Shown: positions 41,225 through 42,249 of the stretch, piece after piece
Layout: each line of letters starts with the position of its first letter
Position numbering within the stretch: position 1 is the first letter of the stretch
DNA from: Burkholderiales bacterium
Lineage (GTDB): Bacteria > Pseudomonadota > Gammaproteobacteria > Burkholderiales > SG8-39
Direction of reading: 5' to 3'
DNA length: 42,249 nt
Assembly (NCBI GenBank): GCA_035266805.1
Contig: DATFMS010000113.1
Location: forward strand, 1-42,249
The notes under the pieces: generated by a model
What the model saw: the letters and a program-made list of their open reading frames with translations, nothing else
The model's database searches: none
Told to the model about the DNA's origin: nothing
Made by a program: the position numbers and the translations under genes

Positions 41225-42249
41225 ATGACTGCTCAGCATCGCAACTACCTGTTGGTCGCGCTCGCGGCGGGCGCGGTGTTCGCGCTCGGACTCGGCGTGC
41301 GGCAGGCGCAGCCGCTGTTCATCAGCGCGATCAACTCCTCGACCGGCGCCGGCTACGCCACCATCAGCCTCGCGTTCGGCATCGCGCAGCTGGCGTGGGG
41401 CGTGGCGCAGCCGTTGGCTGGCGGCATCGCCGACCGTTACGGCCCGCGTCCGGTGATGATCAGCGGCGCGCTGCTGGTCTCCGCCGCCACCGCGCTCATA
41501 CCCCTCGCCCACAGCGGCCTCGCGCTCGCGCTCCTGATCGGGGTGTTCGCCGCGACCGGCGCCGGCGCGCTCGGGCCCTCGCTGCTGATGTCGGTGGCAA
41601 ACCGCTGGATCCCGGAGGCGAAGCGCGCGTTCGCGAGCGGCGTCATCAATGCCGGCGGATCGTTCGGGCAGTTCACCATGGTGCCGCTGGCGCAGCTCGC
41701 GATCGGGCTCGCCGGCTGGCAGCCGGCGATGGTGCTGCTCGGCGCATCGGGACTCGTGGCGGTACCGCTGGTGCTGTGGCTCACGCGCGGCGGCGCGGCG
41801 CAGGCCGCGGCGTCGCAGGCCGCCTCGCTCGGCGCCGCGTCGCTGCGCCAGGCGCTGCGCGAGGCCGCGGGCGACCGCAGCTACCTGCTGCTCAACGCCG
41901 GGTTTTTCACCTGCGGTTTTCACGTCGCCTTCATCGTCACCCACCTTCCCGGCTACGTCGCGCTGTGCGGCCTGCCGGCGACGGTGAGCGCCTGGTCGCT
42001 GGCGGTCGTCGGCCTGTTCAACATCGGCGGCAGCCTGTGGATCGGGATGCGGATCCAGACCAGCCGTATGAAGATGTCGCTGGCGGGCATCTACGCCGCG
42101 CGCGCCGTGATCATCCTGGTGTTCTTCCTCTTCGCGCCCAAGACCGAGCTCAGCTTCCTCGTCTTCTCTGCCGCGATCGGCTTCACCTACCTTTCGACCG
42201 TGCCGCCGACGGTCGGCCTGGTCGCCAAGCTGCATGGACCGAAGTACCT
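41225..42249 (+). CDS. MFS transporter, 3'-truncated by the window edge
   Basis: Open frame from ATG 41225 to the end of the window: MTAQHRNYLLVALAAGAVFALGLGVRQAQPLF..., GGIADRYGPRPVM, multiple TM segments. It is absent from the track because no stop lies in the window. The antisense track ORF 41153-42235 is a shadow. Confidence 0.8.
   Translation, partial: MTAQHRNYLLVALAAGAVFALGLGVRQAQPLFISAINSSTGAGYATISLAFGIAQLAWGVAQPLAGGIADRYGPRPVMISGALLVSAATALIPLAHSGLALALLIGVFAATGAGALGPSLLMSVANRWIPEAKRAFASGVINAGGSFGQFTMVPLAQLAIGLAGWQPAMVLLGASGLVAVPLVLWLTRGGAAQAAASQAASLGAASLRQALREAAGDRSYLLLNAGFFTCGFHVAFIVTHLPGYVALCGLPATVSAWSLAVVGLFNIGGSLWIGMRIQTSRMKMSLAGIYAARAVIILVFFLFAPKTELSFLVFSAAIGFTYLSTVPPTVGLVAKLHGPKY

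Noticed and set aside
1-42249. Mobile elements, CRISPR arrays, prophage, toxin-antitoxin or known defence systems
   Set aside because: No transposase, integrase or recombinase ORFs, no terminal inverted repeats, no regularly spaced repeats, no ATPase/nuclease defence-type gene pairs, and no visible drop in GC content. The window reads as core metabolic chromosome.

Overview
High-GC, very gene-dense chromosomal segment that looks like Betaproteobacteria-type core genome (the taxon is inference only). I call 47 protein-coding genes, two of them cut by the window edges. Many are joined by 4-nt start/stop overlaps (ATGA/GTGA/TTGA). I saw no rRNA, tRNA, CRISPR array, transposase, integrase, phage gene, recognisable defence gene or compositional island. 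Many long ORFs in the supplied track are out-of-frame or antisense shadows of real genes, as expected in GC-rich DNA. Main themes: (1) a TetR(PsrA-like)-fadE-thiolase-hydratase/dehydrogenase-thioesterase beta-oxidation operon, with a PsrA-type palindrome over its promoter. (2) A kinase-fold phosphotransferase plus acyl-CoA dehydrogenase pair of the LvaA/LvaC or ACAD10/11 type, followed by GST and MarC genes. (3) A nine-gene co-directional string at 15637-24552: DhlA-like haloalkane dehalogenase, serine/threonine dehydratase-family enzyme, quinone oxidoreductase, dienoyl-CoA-reductase-like SDR, Nudix-like/MBL fusion, 88-aa unknown, glutathione reductase, CFA-synthase-like methyltransferase and hemerythrin. 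(4) A seven-gene, almost gapless minus-strand operon at 24495-31511 in which four products are transporters and the others are a DSD1-type PLP enzyme, a spermidine-synthase-like protein and a PEBP/YbhB protein. (5) Housekeeping genes: dtd, metY, ubiX, lrgAB, a MATE pump and a radical SAM protein. I find no convincing evidence for a wholly new system. The best follow-up candidates are the transporter-rich DSD1 operon, the Nudix-like/MBL fusion, the kinase+ACAD pair, an uncharacterised HD+EEP gene pair, and several regulatory signals read directly from the DNA: an operator, an 18-nt promoter block present twice, back-to-back leaderless-type promoters, and a sigma-54-like site.
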